64,000 bases of DNA from Basidiobolus meristosporus CBS 931.73. Its lineage: Eukaryota; Fungi; Basidiobolomycota. This document shows, one piece after another, positions 23,925 through 35,469 of the stretch. The stretch lies in contig MCFE01000493.1 in assembly GCA_002104905.1 (NCBI GenBank), positions 2,804-66,803 on the forward strand, read 5' to 3'. Below the pieces are notes generated by a model, which saw only the letters and a program-made list of their open reading frames with translations, was not told the origin of the DNA and made no database searches. The position numbers were made by a program, and so were the translations under genes. Within the stretch, counting starts at the first letter, position 1. Each line of letters begins with the position of its first letter.

Positions 23925-26153
23925 ATGCTCAAACGGTTCACCCTATTTCCCGAGAGGTCTCTCCCGGCCCTTCTTCTCAAGAAGCGCCCCGAACAGAAAA
24001 ACCTCGCCGCCCCAACTCCGCTCGCGCTGACTCGGAGCGAGGCCGCACACACCCTTGCCTTTGATACCAACCATCCCCACCTTGGCGCGAACTCCTCGGT
24101 GGTGGTGTCTAACTTCCAAAACGCACTCGTGCACAGGAACCTCGAGGGCGCTTGGAGCGCCTTCCAGTACCTGCTTGACAACCAACTGGAGAGTAGACTC
24201 ACCGCCAGTCAGCTCTCCCGGCTGCTTCAACTGTTGAACGGATTCAAAGGGAAGTCCGCCGAGTCCCAACAACGCAGTGCTCAGGTGGTGGTTTGCATCG
24301 ACCAGCTCGACGCCAAAAGGATGTTTCGAAACGCACGGGAATACTCTCCTTTGGTCTCCCACTACGCCAAACGGGGTCAAGTGGGTGAGGTGAACTCGCT
24401 GATTCTCGAGATGCTCGACAGAGGAGTTCAACCGGACGCGGTGATTTTCAACGACTTGATCAATGCCGCCGGCAAGGTCCACCCCGAGCAGGCATTCTCC
24501 GTGTACGACTCTATGCTGCAGCAAGGGATAGCGCCCACCAACGTGACATTCAACATCCTTCTGAATATCTGCAAACGTCAACGCAAGCTCGACTTCACGG
24601 TCAGAGTGCACAAGGCGGTACGAAGCTCGAATGTCCGCCCGGATAGCTCGGCGTACAACATTCTCATGGATCTGTACGCGAAATCCAACCTTCTGGACCA
24701 GGCGATCCTTACGTACGACGAGATGCTTGCTAACCACGTCGCGCCGGATACAGTCACGTACAACACCCTTTTGAACGCATTTGCCAAGAAGAGGTCCATG
24801 GACGGGGTCAGCCAAATGTTCGAGGCCATGTTGAGCCGAGGTGTCCCGCCGAACGTGGTCACCTTCAGTATCTTGATCGACGCTTACGCTAAGCATCAGG
24901 ATATCGAAGGGGCTATGAGGATCTACGAAGAGATGTTGCGGCGGGATATCCTTCCAGATACTCTGATCTACAACACTCTTATCAACGGCCACACAAAGAA
25001 TTCCAACACCGACCAGGCCATGATGCTCTATCATGAGATGGGGGCACGCCGTCTCCCCCGAAACATCGTCACCTACAACACTCTAATCAACCTTCATCTG
25101 AAGCAGGGGAATTTCGATCAGGCCCTGGAGCTGTTCAACGAGATGTCCTTGGGAACGACCCCGCCCGACGTGATCACCCTGAACACCATCATCAACGCAT
25201 ATGTGCGGAACGCTAGACTTGACGAGGCCACCAAATTCCTGGAGAATTTCGCCCGATTCAACATCCGCCCCGACACCATCACGTACAACACGCTCATCAA
25301 CGGCCATGTCAAGAATTCGAGGCTCGAGCACGCGGTTGACCTCTTCACCGAGATGCAGGCCAGAAACCTTTGCGACATCGTGTCGTATAACACCATCATC
25401 AACGCCCATGCGAAGAGCCTCGACCTGGAGGCGATGAGGAAGGTCTATCGTAGCATGGGCCAGCACAAGGTGTCGCCAGATATCATCACGTTCAACACGA
25501 TGCTTCACGCCTACTTCGAGAGCCGTGCCCTGGACCAATGCCAAACGCTACTGAAGGAAATGAGCCTTAGTCGGACCCACCCAAACATCAACACCTACAA
25601 CACGCTGATCAACGGCTACTCGAAGAACGGGGATATCCCACGCGCGTTGCAAATCTACGATGAGATCCAGTTCCAAGGGATCCGCCCCAACCCCACCACC
25701 TTCGGAGTCTTGATCAACTGTTACAATCTCTCCGGAGACCTTGAGAAAGCGTTCGAGATCTGGGACCAGGCGAAGAGACACACCACGGACAGGGAAAAGC
25801 TTGCTGCTCCGCTTTCCGCCCTCCTGGATGCCTGCGGGTATCACCACGAGTCCCGCCGGCTGACAGAGCTCTGGAGTGAGCTGGAGGTCACCAACCACCC
25901 TGTCACCGAGAACAACTTCAATTCATACCTAGAAGCGTTGTGCCGGTGTGGCAACTACTCCGAGGCTGTTCGAGCCTTTACCCACGACATGACGCTGCTG
26001 AACCTTCAGCCTACACTGAAAACGTGGCGAACCCTGTACACGGAGGTTAAGCGCTGCCATCCCTCCGGCATCGAAGAGATCGGAATGTTCCTAGAAAATG
26101 AACATCCCCACCTCTACCCGGACTTCCATCGCGCCCTGGAAGATGACCTGTAA
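23925..26153 (+). CDS. P-type pentatricopeptide repeat protein, probably mitochondrial (intronless)
   Basis: About 15 tandem 35-aa motifs (P[D/N]xxTYNxLI..). Basic, targeting-like N-terminus from the first true ATG. Confidence 0.92.
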   Translation: MLKRFTLFPERSLPALLLKKRPEQKNLAAPTPLALTRSEAAHTLAFDTNHPHLGANSSVVVSNFQNALVHRNLEGAWSAFQYLLDNQLESRLTASQLSRLLQLLNGFKGKSAESQQRSAQVVVCIDQLDAKRMFRNAREYSPLVSHYAKRGQVGEVNSLILEMLDRGVQPDAVIFNDLINAAGKVHPEQAFSVYDSMLQQGIAPTNVTFNILLNICKRQRKLDFTVRVHKAVRSSNVRPDSSAYNILMDLYAKSNLLDQAILTYDEMLANHVAPDTVTYNTLLNAFAKKRSMDGVSQMFEAMLSRGVPPNVVTFSILIDAYAKHQDIEGAMRIYEEMLRRDILPDTLIYNTLINGHTKNSNTDQAMMLYHEMGARRLPRNIVTYNTLINLHLKQGNFDQALELFNEMSLGTTPPDVITLNTIINAYVRNARLDEATKFLENFARFNIRPDTITYNTLINGHVKNSRLEHAVDLFTEMQARNLCDIVSYNTIINAHAKSLDLEAMRKVYRSMGQHKVSPDIITFNTMLHAYFESRALDQCQTLLKEMSLSRTHPNINTYNTLINGYSKNGDIPRALQIYDEIQFQGIRPNPTTFGVLINCYNLSGDLEKAFEIWDQAKRHTTDREKLAAPLSALLDACGYHHESRRLTELWSELEVTNHPVTENNFNSYLEALCRCGNYSEAVRAFTHDMTLLNLQPTLKTWRTLYTEVKRCHPSGIEEIGMFLENEHPHLYPDFHRALEDDL

Positions 26154-26444
26154 ATGTAGCGTATGAACATGGCTCTAATGTCCAGCATACGCAACCTCCC
26201 CCCCCCCGCCACCTGAGCCCTCGCACACTTGGCCGTTGTATCTTTCGTTGAACCTTGTCACTCCCCAGCAGCACGGGGTAGAATGTGTATAGCAAGAATG
26301 TACTTGAATAAATTCTCTCTCAAGAAGCACGTCGATGCCATTTATTTGTCTTTTTTGGGGGGGGGACGGGATGGGATGTGGTGTGGTGTGGTGTGGTGTG
26401 AGCTCTACCTAGTGGACAGGAAATCCCGGCCGAGTCACTTCTCT

Positions 26445-27332
26445 TCACTGTTTGGTGAAGTATTCGGGAAGGATGTAATGGAGCTTGTCGGACTTGCACG
26501 CCTCTGGTGGGGACATGATTCCATATTTCATACCGCCAAGGACACCCTTGGTGACGCTTCCATCAGCGATGCCCTGCTCAAGGGGCTCGAGAATGGCAAG
26601 CAACAGCTTCTTGGCGTTGCTTGCGTTGGTGACCATGGTTTTCATCACGGCATCGGCGGTGACGGCCTCTTCGGACTCTCTCCAGCAGTCGTAGTCAGTA
26701 GACATGCAGATCATCTGGTAGGCGATCTCTGCCTCGCGGGCCAACTTGGCCTCAGGTAGGGCGGACATGTTGATGACACCGCCGCCCCAAGAGCGGTAAA
26801 GGTTGGACTCGGCACGAGTGGAGAAAGCGGGACCTTCCATACATACCAAGAGCTTGTCCTTGTGAACGGTAAGGTTCTCGACAAGGTGGCTGTGGTTGGC
26901 GATGATTTCAGCCGCAGCGGGGCAGAAAGGATCGGCAAAGGAGGCATGGCCAATGATACCCTCTCCTTCGAAGTAGGTGGAGGGACGGATTCCCTTGGTG
27001 CGGTCAATGATTTGGTTGGGAAGGACGAAATGGGTGGGTGCGAGCTCCTCTTGAAGGGAACCGACGGCCGAGAAAGCGAGGATAAGCTTGACGCCGATGG
27101 ACTTCAAGGCGGCAATGTTCGCTCTGGCCGGGACCTCGGAGGGGCTGAATTGGTGGTGGGCGCCATGACGAGCCAGGAAAGCGATTCTCAACCCGCTGGG
27201 GATTTTCCCGATAATAATCTTGGAGGAGGGATAGCCCCAAGGGGTGTTTGGGTACACCTCCTCGACAATCTCCAGGTTGTCCAGGTTGTAAAGGCCAGAG
27301 CCGCCGATAACCGCAATGTTTACTGGATGCAT
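26445..27332 (-). CDS. MEU1: 5'-methylthioadenosine phosphorylase
   Basis: IGGSGLY, FLARHG, EGPAFSTRAES, INMSALPEAKLARE and STDYDCW motifs. Confidence 0.96.
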   Translation of the reverse strand: MHPVNIAVIGGSGLYNLDNLEIVEEVYPNTPWGYPSSKIIIGKIPSGLRIAFLARHGAHHQFSPSEVPARANIAALKSIGVKLILAFSAVGSLQEELAPTHFVLPNQIIDRTKGIRPSTYFEGEGIIGHASFADPFCPAAAEIIANHSHLVENLTVHKDKLLVCMEGPAFSTRAESNLYRSWGGGVINMSALPEAKLAREAEIAYQMICMSTDYDCWRESEEAVTADAVMKTMVTNASNAKKLLLAILEPLEQGIADGSVTKGVLGGMKYGIMSPPEACKSDKLHYILPEYFTKQ

Positions 27333-27733
27333 GGTAACAAAGAGTAGGCCGAGAAAATTTGGCCAAGTGGGTTATTTGAACCAGCGTCCTTTCTTGATTT
27401 GGCCTAGATTTCCTCGAAATGGTGCAATCATGTCGGTCGGGATTCTCAGCAGGCCAATAGGTAGCTGGCCTTTCTCCCCTGAGTCGCGGGTGGAATTCGA
27501 TAAGTGGGCCCCACCAATGAATTCGTAGGATCATATCGACCACCATCACCCGGATTTCGTGCTGGTTATTGCGAAGAAACAAGGGTTAAGCAGAATTAGG
27601 ATGCTTGCTTATTTTAGTTGGTTAGATATGGTAAGCGGGTCAATGATTAGTTTTCCTAAGCCAGTTATGGAATTCCCTTAACAGAGAAATTGGTTAAAGC
27701 ACTGTTTACGAAGGATTGTTCGCTTGGTTTACT

Positions 27734-29572
27734 ATGGATTCTCACGCCGCCTACAATGAGCACAGCCATCAACATGGCCATGAACACGGTCATGGACATG
27801 AGCATGGAAAAGAACACGCCCATGGTGACGTCAAGGAAGAGCACTTGAAGGAGGAGCAGGAGCATTTCAGAAAGGTCATCGCCACCTTCGCTTCCTATCG
27901 TGTTCACAGCCACGGAACAAACAAGAGGAAGAAGGAAAGCTATGCTGCACTTTCTGAGGAACACAAGGCTTTGATACCCTTCTACTTGGATCGTTTGAGC
28001 CAGATCGACGAGGCCATCAACAAGAACTACTCATTCTTGAAAGCGATCGTTGCCGATCATCAGATCTTCGTGGAGCAGGAGGGCCAGGTAATGCTCAAAG
28101 TACCTACACACTCCCCCATTTTCGACACAGTCGATTCATACGGCTTCGCCAACAGGAGATCTCTCACCTTCAGATCCAGCCCAACAAGGAGCGTCCTGCT
28201 GTTACGGAGTTCGACATGGACAAATTGCGTAGCACTTTGAAGCAGTTTGTTCGCGACTGGAGCGAAAAGGTAGGGCTGCCGTTTACCCTCGACGCACGCG
28301 CATCACTCAACACCAACTTGCAACTTTCGTCGCTTCGCTAGGGAAAACATGAGCGTGAGGCAGCCTATTCGCCAATTTTGGAGGAGCTTGAGAACTACTA
28401 CGGCGATGTTCCTGTGGACCAAAGGTAATCTTTGACACACGCACCCGTCCATCGTCAATTCAAACTCTTGCTAACCGGAGTATTCAACAGGGGTAATCTT
28501 CGAGTTCTAGTCCCGGGGGCCGGTTTAGGCCGGTTGGCATACGACATCTGTAAGAAAGGTATAGTGCACTGGTCGTGATGGTTGGATTCCACAGATTATT
28601 AATCGATTCGAACCATCTCACCCAGGCTTCAGCTGCCAAGGTAATTTCTCAATACACTGTAATGCTTGCTTGGACCCGGAACTTAACAGAGATTCACTTC
28701 TTAAGGCAACGAGTTCTCCTTCTACATGGTAAGTCGCGCAGGTTTTAAGCGAGCCAGCGCACGTCAACTGACAAATTACGAACCCTATCTCTTAGCTTCT
28801 GGCCTCGAACTTTATCCTGAACAGGTGAGTTAGCTCATGGCCCTATCTCCGGACCAACGTTGAACTAACCACGGGAAACAGAGCAGCAGAGGTAGAGCAA
28901 TTCGAAATCTTTCCTTTCGTCCATTCCCAATCGAATGCGCTCCGCGAAGAGCACATCTTGCAGAGTGTGCGTATTCCTGACGTACTACCCTCTGGACTTC
29001 CCCCGAGCTCCGACTTCTCCATGGTTGCCGGGGACTTCTTGGAGGTGTACGGGGCGGAAAGCGATAGCGTTGGTAAGAAAGAAAATCCTCGGTGGAGTCC
29101 TGCACCAACCCATTAACCAGCAATCCAATCAGGCACCTGGGATTGCATCGTGACGTGCTTCTTTATCGACACCGCCAAGAACATCATCCAATATCTGGAG
29201 ACCATCTACAACGCGTTAAAGAAGGGTGGAGTGTGGATCAACTTGGGTATGCTCCGGCGAGATAGAAGTAGCGCGTGGATGTTCAGCTAATAGGGATTTT
29301 CTAGGCCCACTTCTCTACCACTTCGAGAACACCCCTGGGGAGATGTCGATCGAGCTGACTTTGGAGGAAGTCAAAGCCTTGGCCACCAAAGTTGGTTTCA
29401 CCATTCAGGTAACTACTTTCTCCTACCCTACCCTCTCGCCACTTCAGCCGACTGACCGTTCGATTCTCTCAATCAGCGCGAGGCCATGCACGAATCCGCA
29501 TACACCGCCAACGTTCAATCCATGCTGAGATACACCTACAACTGCGCCTTCTTCTCCGCGATCAAAGAGTAG
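27734..29572 (+). CDS. Carnosine N-methyltransferase (CARNMT1/YNL092W-like), many small exons
   Basis: [50 protein letters not shown] and [13 protein letters not shown] motifs. His-rich N-terminus. Confidence 0.92.
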
Positions 29573-29660
29573 CACGTGTCTTGTCTCCCCATTCAACAAT
29601 AAAGGTGGCTTGCTTAGAGAACGTTTATTGAAATATGAAATCAACATAGATAGTGAGCAT

Positions 29661-32600
29661 CTAGGAGTAAACTGGCAATATGGTTACCTGCGCATTTGCA
29701 TCAGCCTTGGGGGAATCGGGAGCGATGTTGCCCACGGGCAAGATGGAAACTGGGGCATTCAAATCCTCCACTACATCTGCCTCGTTCACAGGCAAAATAG
29801 AGACCGGGCCATTCAAGTCCTCCTGCAAAGCGTCAGAGGGGCTGGGCTCTACCTCGTTAACTGGTAGTATGGAAACCGGAGCATTCAAGTCCTCCTGCAA
29901 AACGTCAGAGGGGTTGAATTGGCCGATGGGAGTATCGGTTGATTGAGGGCTGATCGATTCGCCCAGAGTGATCAGTTCACTTGGGTCGGGGTTGTTGATC
30001 ATACGGTCGCAGTCGAAGTCCCATCTAGATCTCCACCTGTGTTGGATGCATTGTTGCTTGGTCCAAGGAGTGCCGTACACCAAAGGACTGAACGAAACGA
30101 ACACATACACGACCACGAGTGAGCTGACCAAAAGTACCAGCCAGCGAGCTTTAGTGTTCAGGCGTGAGGTGAACAGGTCGAACGTCACTCCGGTCAGGAG
30201 GATACCGAAGTAGATGGCCGGCAGGTAATGGTGCAGGAAAAGCTGTCTTCCCATCAAGAAGAATGGCAAGTAGTGCAAGAACCAGCCGAGGAAGAAGAAC
30301 CCGGCCGACGAGAAGTAGAGATTGAAGTATTCTATGCATGGGAAAAGAGGTCGGTTAGTTCCAGGGAATCGTGCATTCGAATCGGCCAAATTTACCGTAG
30401 GCGCCATCGTTGTAGCCTCTCTTTTGGCGCAGAATCAGCAAGGCGTTAACGGCAATGTAAAGACCAACCGCTGCAGCCGCTGCCCACCAGATAATGGGGT
30501 TTCCGAGAAGGTAGATTTGTGCGGAGTCCTTCGACCAGAAGCTGATTCCTCTATTGATGAGCGGCCAGGCAGAAGGTCTGGAGTCGAAGGGATGGGAGTC
30601 GGTCAAGCCGTTGTTGATGGTCCACATACGCTTCTGAAGCTCCCAGAACTTCTTGAAAAAGCCTGGTGTACGATAGTTCACTCTAGGGGCATCCTCAGGG
30701 ACTATAGACAACACAGAAACATCAGTGAATACGAGAGCATGCTTTGTGCTTAATACGAAGCGTCCTTACGCCTTGGGTCAACGTTGGTGTCAATCAACCA
30801 CAGAGTTTTCTCTAGCTTGGCGCTCTTCATACAAGTGACTTCCTGTTGTTCCGATGCCCACTTGGGCAATTTTACATCGTGTGAGAATAAATGGCAGTGT
30901 TGTCCGATATGAACAAGTCGGAATCTGCTGTAAATAGCCATCAGTCTGTCGGCAGATTCGGGGACACGGTCGTCGTGATCGATGATCTCCACTCTCCAGT
31001 GATCATTGATGTCTCCCCATTCGTACCCACTACACAGTCAAAACCAATTAATAAAGCAGGACTTCATTCGTTACGAAGGATGCGCAATCGTACCTGACTT
31101 CGTTGTGATGCTCTGCTTCAGTAATCGGGGCACGAACATCGTGGCTGTGTAGGCGTTTGCCGGTAGAAGGGTGGAGTAGGCGAACAATGTCGCCATTCTT
31201 TACCCACTCCAACTCAGTCTCGTTGTACGGAACCTCGGGGTCCTCAATCTTGGTGATGACCCACCAGTTGTTTTCGTCGCGGTGTGGATAGAGGGTAATT
31301 TGTTGTTCTATATATCTGATAGTTAAGCGTGCTGTGGCTCAATCAACAATCCCCTCTTCAACTTACGTTTACTTCCGGTAGGGTAGAAAAGATCGTGAGA
31401 ATGAAGGTATCCTCCGTTGGTGTTCAGATGGCGGATATAAACCTTGGAGCCGTAGGCGACATCTAGGAATGCGTGGGTTAAGGCGAGAGCTGAGAAAATG
31501 AACAGCGTTGAGCAAACCCATTACCAGCTGGAGTATCCCCAATGCCACCTCCACTCAGGGTGCTTTGAAACTCTGGCGACATAAACCCATTTCCGTCACC
31601 GCTGTTTCTCAGGCAGAAAAAGTGGATTTGGAATAGTGCCAAATAAACTACGACGGGAACAGCGATCAAGCTGAACGCGCGAGCAAAGAAATGCTTGGCG
31701 ACAACACTCTAAAAGGACAGCTGATTAGGACCAATCGAAATCTCTAGGTTACACAAAAATTACCGGGGGAACCGAGCTATCCACAGTGAAATCCCAAAGT
31801 TGCTTGATAGTTGAAAGTCCGATCAATGCGATGATGAACAGCCCAACCCATTTCACACTGGATGGAAGAATTAGTAAACTCCAACAGCCTACGATCAACT
31901 GATGAGGAAAGTACCTGACGGACAGCCCAAGGAACAAGCCAGTAGAGGTTAGCCAGAACCACCATGAGGAAGAGAATGGGCTGGAAACCTGGGATTAGAT
32001 TGAATTGCTCCGCTCAAGCTATATGCGTGTAGACTACCTTTCACTCTGATTGCAGAATTGCACCCACGACAGTGCGGTCAAAGCAGTAAAAAACAATAAA
32101 GGAGAGTCCAATAAGATCAAACGAGACTGGGTCACCAAGGCATTGTCTGTTGATGGAGAGTATACATTTAGATACCCGCCAAATGTTCAAGTATGCCAAA
32201 TGTACGCGCTTACCGAAGGTCACGAAAAGTGCGCTCAAAGTAGCAGCTGGTGTGGAATGACCCGATAACTTGACTGTCAAGTAAGAAATAGGCACCAAAA
32301 GCCAACCCATAATTGCCGGTAGCAAGCGCATGGCAACATATGGCACCTGTGGCTCGATGTAATCTCTGTAAAAGCAGCATACGTCAATAACCTCGGTGTT
32401 TGTTCTAGAGACTAAATAGCAACCTACTTTCCGATTTCACTAAAGTCGAAATTTCCATCAAAGCCCCCAAACCAACCAGCAGCGGCAAGTAACATCTTGG
32501 CAAGTGGAGGATGTACATCCATAAAGAACCTACCATGAATGTACTTGCTTGCAAAGCCTCCAAAGTGCACTTCGTCAAAACTGCCCTCGCAAAGGAACAA

Positions 32601-32868
32601 CAGAGAAACATTACACTCTGGAAAACAAGGTTGAAGAAAATAGAGAGGGGAGAACTTACACTACCGAAGTTGGATGATCCAGTCTATAAAAGCGCACAAA
32701 CCCTGCAAAGACTGTCAGGGCGGCGACAATGTACCATTGAGTTTTAGACAAGTGCAAGCTTTTGCGGGAAACGGGCTTCTTTCCGGATTTGAAATTGTCA
32801 TCTTCCCAGTATTCATTCGACTCGTCGAGCAGAGGCTCCTGGAATTGCTTCCGATTTCGGACGTACAT
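29661..32868 (-). CDS. Dolichyl-phosphate-mannose protein O-mannosyltransferase (PMT1/2 type), multi-exon
   Basis: [23 protein letters not shown] domains ([20 protein letters not shown]), GNPIIWW and [11 protein letters not shown] motifs. Confidence 0.93.
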
Positions 32869-33203
32869 GATCAATCGGAGGTTATGGTTAACTTCTGGAA
32901 GTGAGCTCCTCTAGTAACCAACAGCTTTGGAATTTTCACCAATCCGAATCAATTGGTGACGCCAATGTGTCTACAGTATTGGATACCCAGCAAATCTATG
33001 ATTATTCATGTGATTTATGTCAACATTCGTGACTCTATGCCTAGAATTGCTGGAATCCACGATGGCTTTTGATTGGCACATCAAGCGAAATAGCAACCAT
33101 TAGTTGACCGAGCCTGGTCGCTTCGATGACGCATCAACCGACGTTAATATGTGATTAAAAGTAGATCGATCATTTAGGTTTGTTGTTTGCGTTGTATGTT
33201 GAA

Positions 33204-33381
33204 ATGAGTGTTGTGAGCAATAATAACTCGAGCGAAATATTCGACCACGAATTTCAGATGCCCCGACATCGATATAATGTACCATGGAAGGAGCGAAGCC
33301 ATTGAACGGCCATCCCCATATTTGCACATATATTGGATAGTTGGAGTCGATTTAATCAAATATGACTAAACAAACTTCCAT
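33204..33381 (-). ncRNA. Unassigned structured RNA candidate, copy 3 of 4 (variant)
   Basis: The 5' ~100 nt are identical to the other copies. A few changes lie in the 3' hairpin, and ACA is retained. Confidence 0.6.
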
Positions 33382-33435
33382 GGTCATCTCCCAACCATCA
33401 GGATGCTATTTATTGGATCGACCACCTCTGTGGGA
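33382..33435 (-). promoter_or_regulatory. TCCCAY + AATAAATA promoter of RNA copy 3
   Basis: TCCCA (33435-33431), 16 nt, AATAAATA (33414-33407), then 25 nt. Confidence 0.6.
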
Positions 33436-33565
33436 CGTTAGTTATTCGTGGTTGTAAAATACTATTGATAGAATGTTTCACCATGACGTCTAAAAGAAAG
33501 GGAACAGTGCTGATCTTCGGGATGTATAAAAGCCATGAAAACCATCAGAATTGACATATCCAAAG

Positions 33566-34932
33566 ATGCGTATATCTTCTCTCTTTTTCGCTTTATTCGC
33601 CACTGAGGGGTTGTTGGCGGCTCCAGTGACCGAGTTTCTGGCTCGGCCTATTCGTTATGACAACCATAAACTGCTTCAGGTGAGGCGCTCGGGTACTTTG
33701 CTTGAAATTGTTAACAAGAACGACCTGGATGTCTGGCACAGGTCTGCCAGTGTTTTACATATTCGAGTGTCTCCCAAACAGTTCGAATCGCTGAGTGGGC
33801 TTGAATCAATAATACTAGACGAGAATATACAGAGGAGTATTGATGAAGAAACTGAGGTCTTGAAGCAAGCCTCGCTGGTGAAGCGTGCTGTTGATGATGC
33901 CACTTGGTTTCAAAGCTATCATACATTTGCTGACATAGTCCAATGGTTGCAGCAGCTCTCGAAAAAATACCCAGATCTGGTCACCTATGTGCCATCCATT
34001 GGCAAGACCACCCTGGGTAAGGACATCCCAGCCTTGAGGATTACCAGCAAGAACGGAGGAGAAAAGAAGAAGATCTGGTTCCAGGGACTTCAACATGCCA
34101 GAGAATGGATCGCTACCACGACCATGCAGTACCTGGCTGACGGACTCGCCTCAGGGTACGCCACCGACTCTGACATCAAGGGAATCCTTGACGCAGCCGA
34201 GATCATCATCATTCCAGTATCGAATCCAGATGGGTACGAATATACCTGGAACGGGGATCGTCTATGGAGAAAGAACCGTCGCAACAATGGTGGTGGAGTG
34301 TATGGTGTTGATTTGGTAAGCACGCAACCAAATTTATTACCGAATGTTCCCTGAATGCTGTGGAATCCGTTACTGATTCCCGGCCATTTCTATTTTAGAA
34401 CCGTAACTGGCCTGATCATTGGAACCAAGGGGGCTCCTCCAAGGACCCCAGTGATGAGACTTTCATGGGACCATCAGGTGGCAGTGAGCCAGAGGTGAAG
34501 GCATTGATTAACTACTTTTTGCAACAGAAAAATGTTGTTGGGGCCATCGATTACCATTCTTATGGTGAGCTGATCATGTGGCCATATGGCTGGACTACGT
34601 CTAAGGTTGCCAAGAATACTGAATATGCCGCACTTGGCAAGGCCATGAAGAGTGCGATCCGAACTGTCAATACTAGTGAGAGATACACCACACAACAAAT
34701 CAGTGATTTGTATGTGGCCTCAGGCAGCTCCTCCGACTGGTTCTACGGTGAGCAAGTTGCTCAAGCGCAAGGATTCCGTAGCACTTCGATTGCGGTCGAG
34801 CTCTCACCCCCCTCGGCGAGACGGGGATTAGGATTCATACTACCTCCGGAGGAAATCATTCCTGTCGGTAATGAAACCCTCGCAGCAGCCAAGGTATTCA
34901 TCAGCAATGTATTGAATGAACCTATCAATTAA
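33566..34932 (+). CDS. Secreted M14A metallocarboxypeptidase (paralog 3, close to paralog 1); exons 33566-34315, 34399-34932
   Basis: Same motifs and intron position as 13203-14584. Confidence 0.95.
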
Positions 34933-35028
34933 GTTTCCACACGTTTGAAAAAACATGAATCTTGGAATCACAAGAGAGGCGGGAAAGTAAACAGATTTAG
35001 ACATTCAGTTGTTGTAAATGTATACAAT

Positions 35029-35207
35029 ATGAGTTGTCGTGGACAATAATAACTCGCGCGAAATATTCGACCACGAATTTCAGATGCCCCAACATTGATA
35101 TAATGTACCATGGAAGGAGCGAAGCCATTGAACGGCCATCCCCATATTTGCACATATATTGGATAGTTGGAGTCGATTTAATCAAATATGACTAAACAAA
35201 CTTCCAT
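35029..35207 (-). ncRNA. Unassigned structured RNA candidate, copy 4 of 4
   Basis: Identical to copy 2 and in the same position just downstream of a carboxypeptidase stop codon. Confidence 0.65.
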
Positions 35208-35260
35208 ACGGACATCCAAACAAGTTGCGGATATTTATTAGGACGATCGCCTCAGTGGGA
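35208..35260 (-). promoter_or_regulatory. TCCCAY + AATAAATA promoter of RNA copy 4
   Basis: TCCCA (35260-35256), 16 nt, AATAAATA (35239-35232), then 24 nt. Confidence 0.6.
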
Positions 35261-35469
35261 CGCCATTTATTCATGATCGGTTAGGGTAAAATATTCATCT
35301 ATTGACAGATTCGGGGGTAGCGGTTCCTTGGTGATTATGAGATTTAACATCAAGTCAGCTCTATTTACAGTAATGTATCACCCATCTCTTTGCTTGGAGG
35401 TGAGAGAGGAAATGGTCGTATTGGTACAATGGAAGGTTACTAAATATCAAACAAACGGGATGCCAAGTC

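Noticed and set aside
23943-25034. 363-aa antisense ORF over the PPR gene
   Set aside because: An antisense shadow of a GC3-rich coding strand, with no recognisable motifs.
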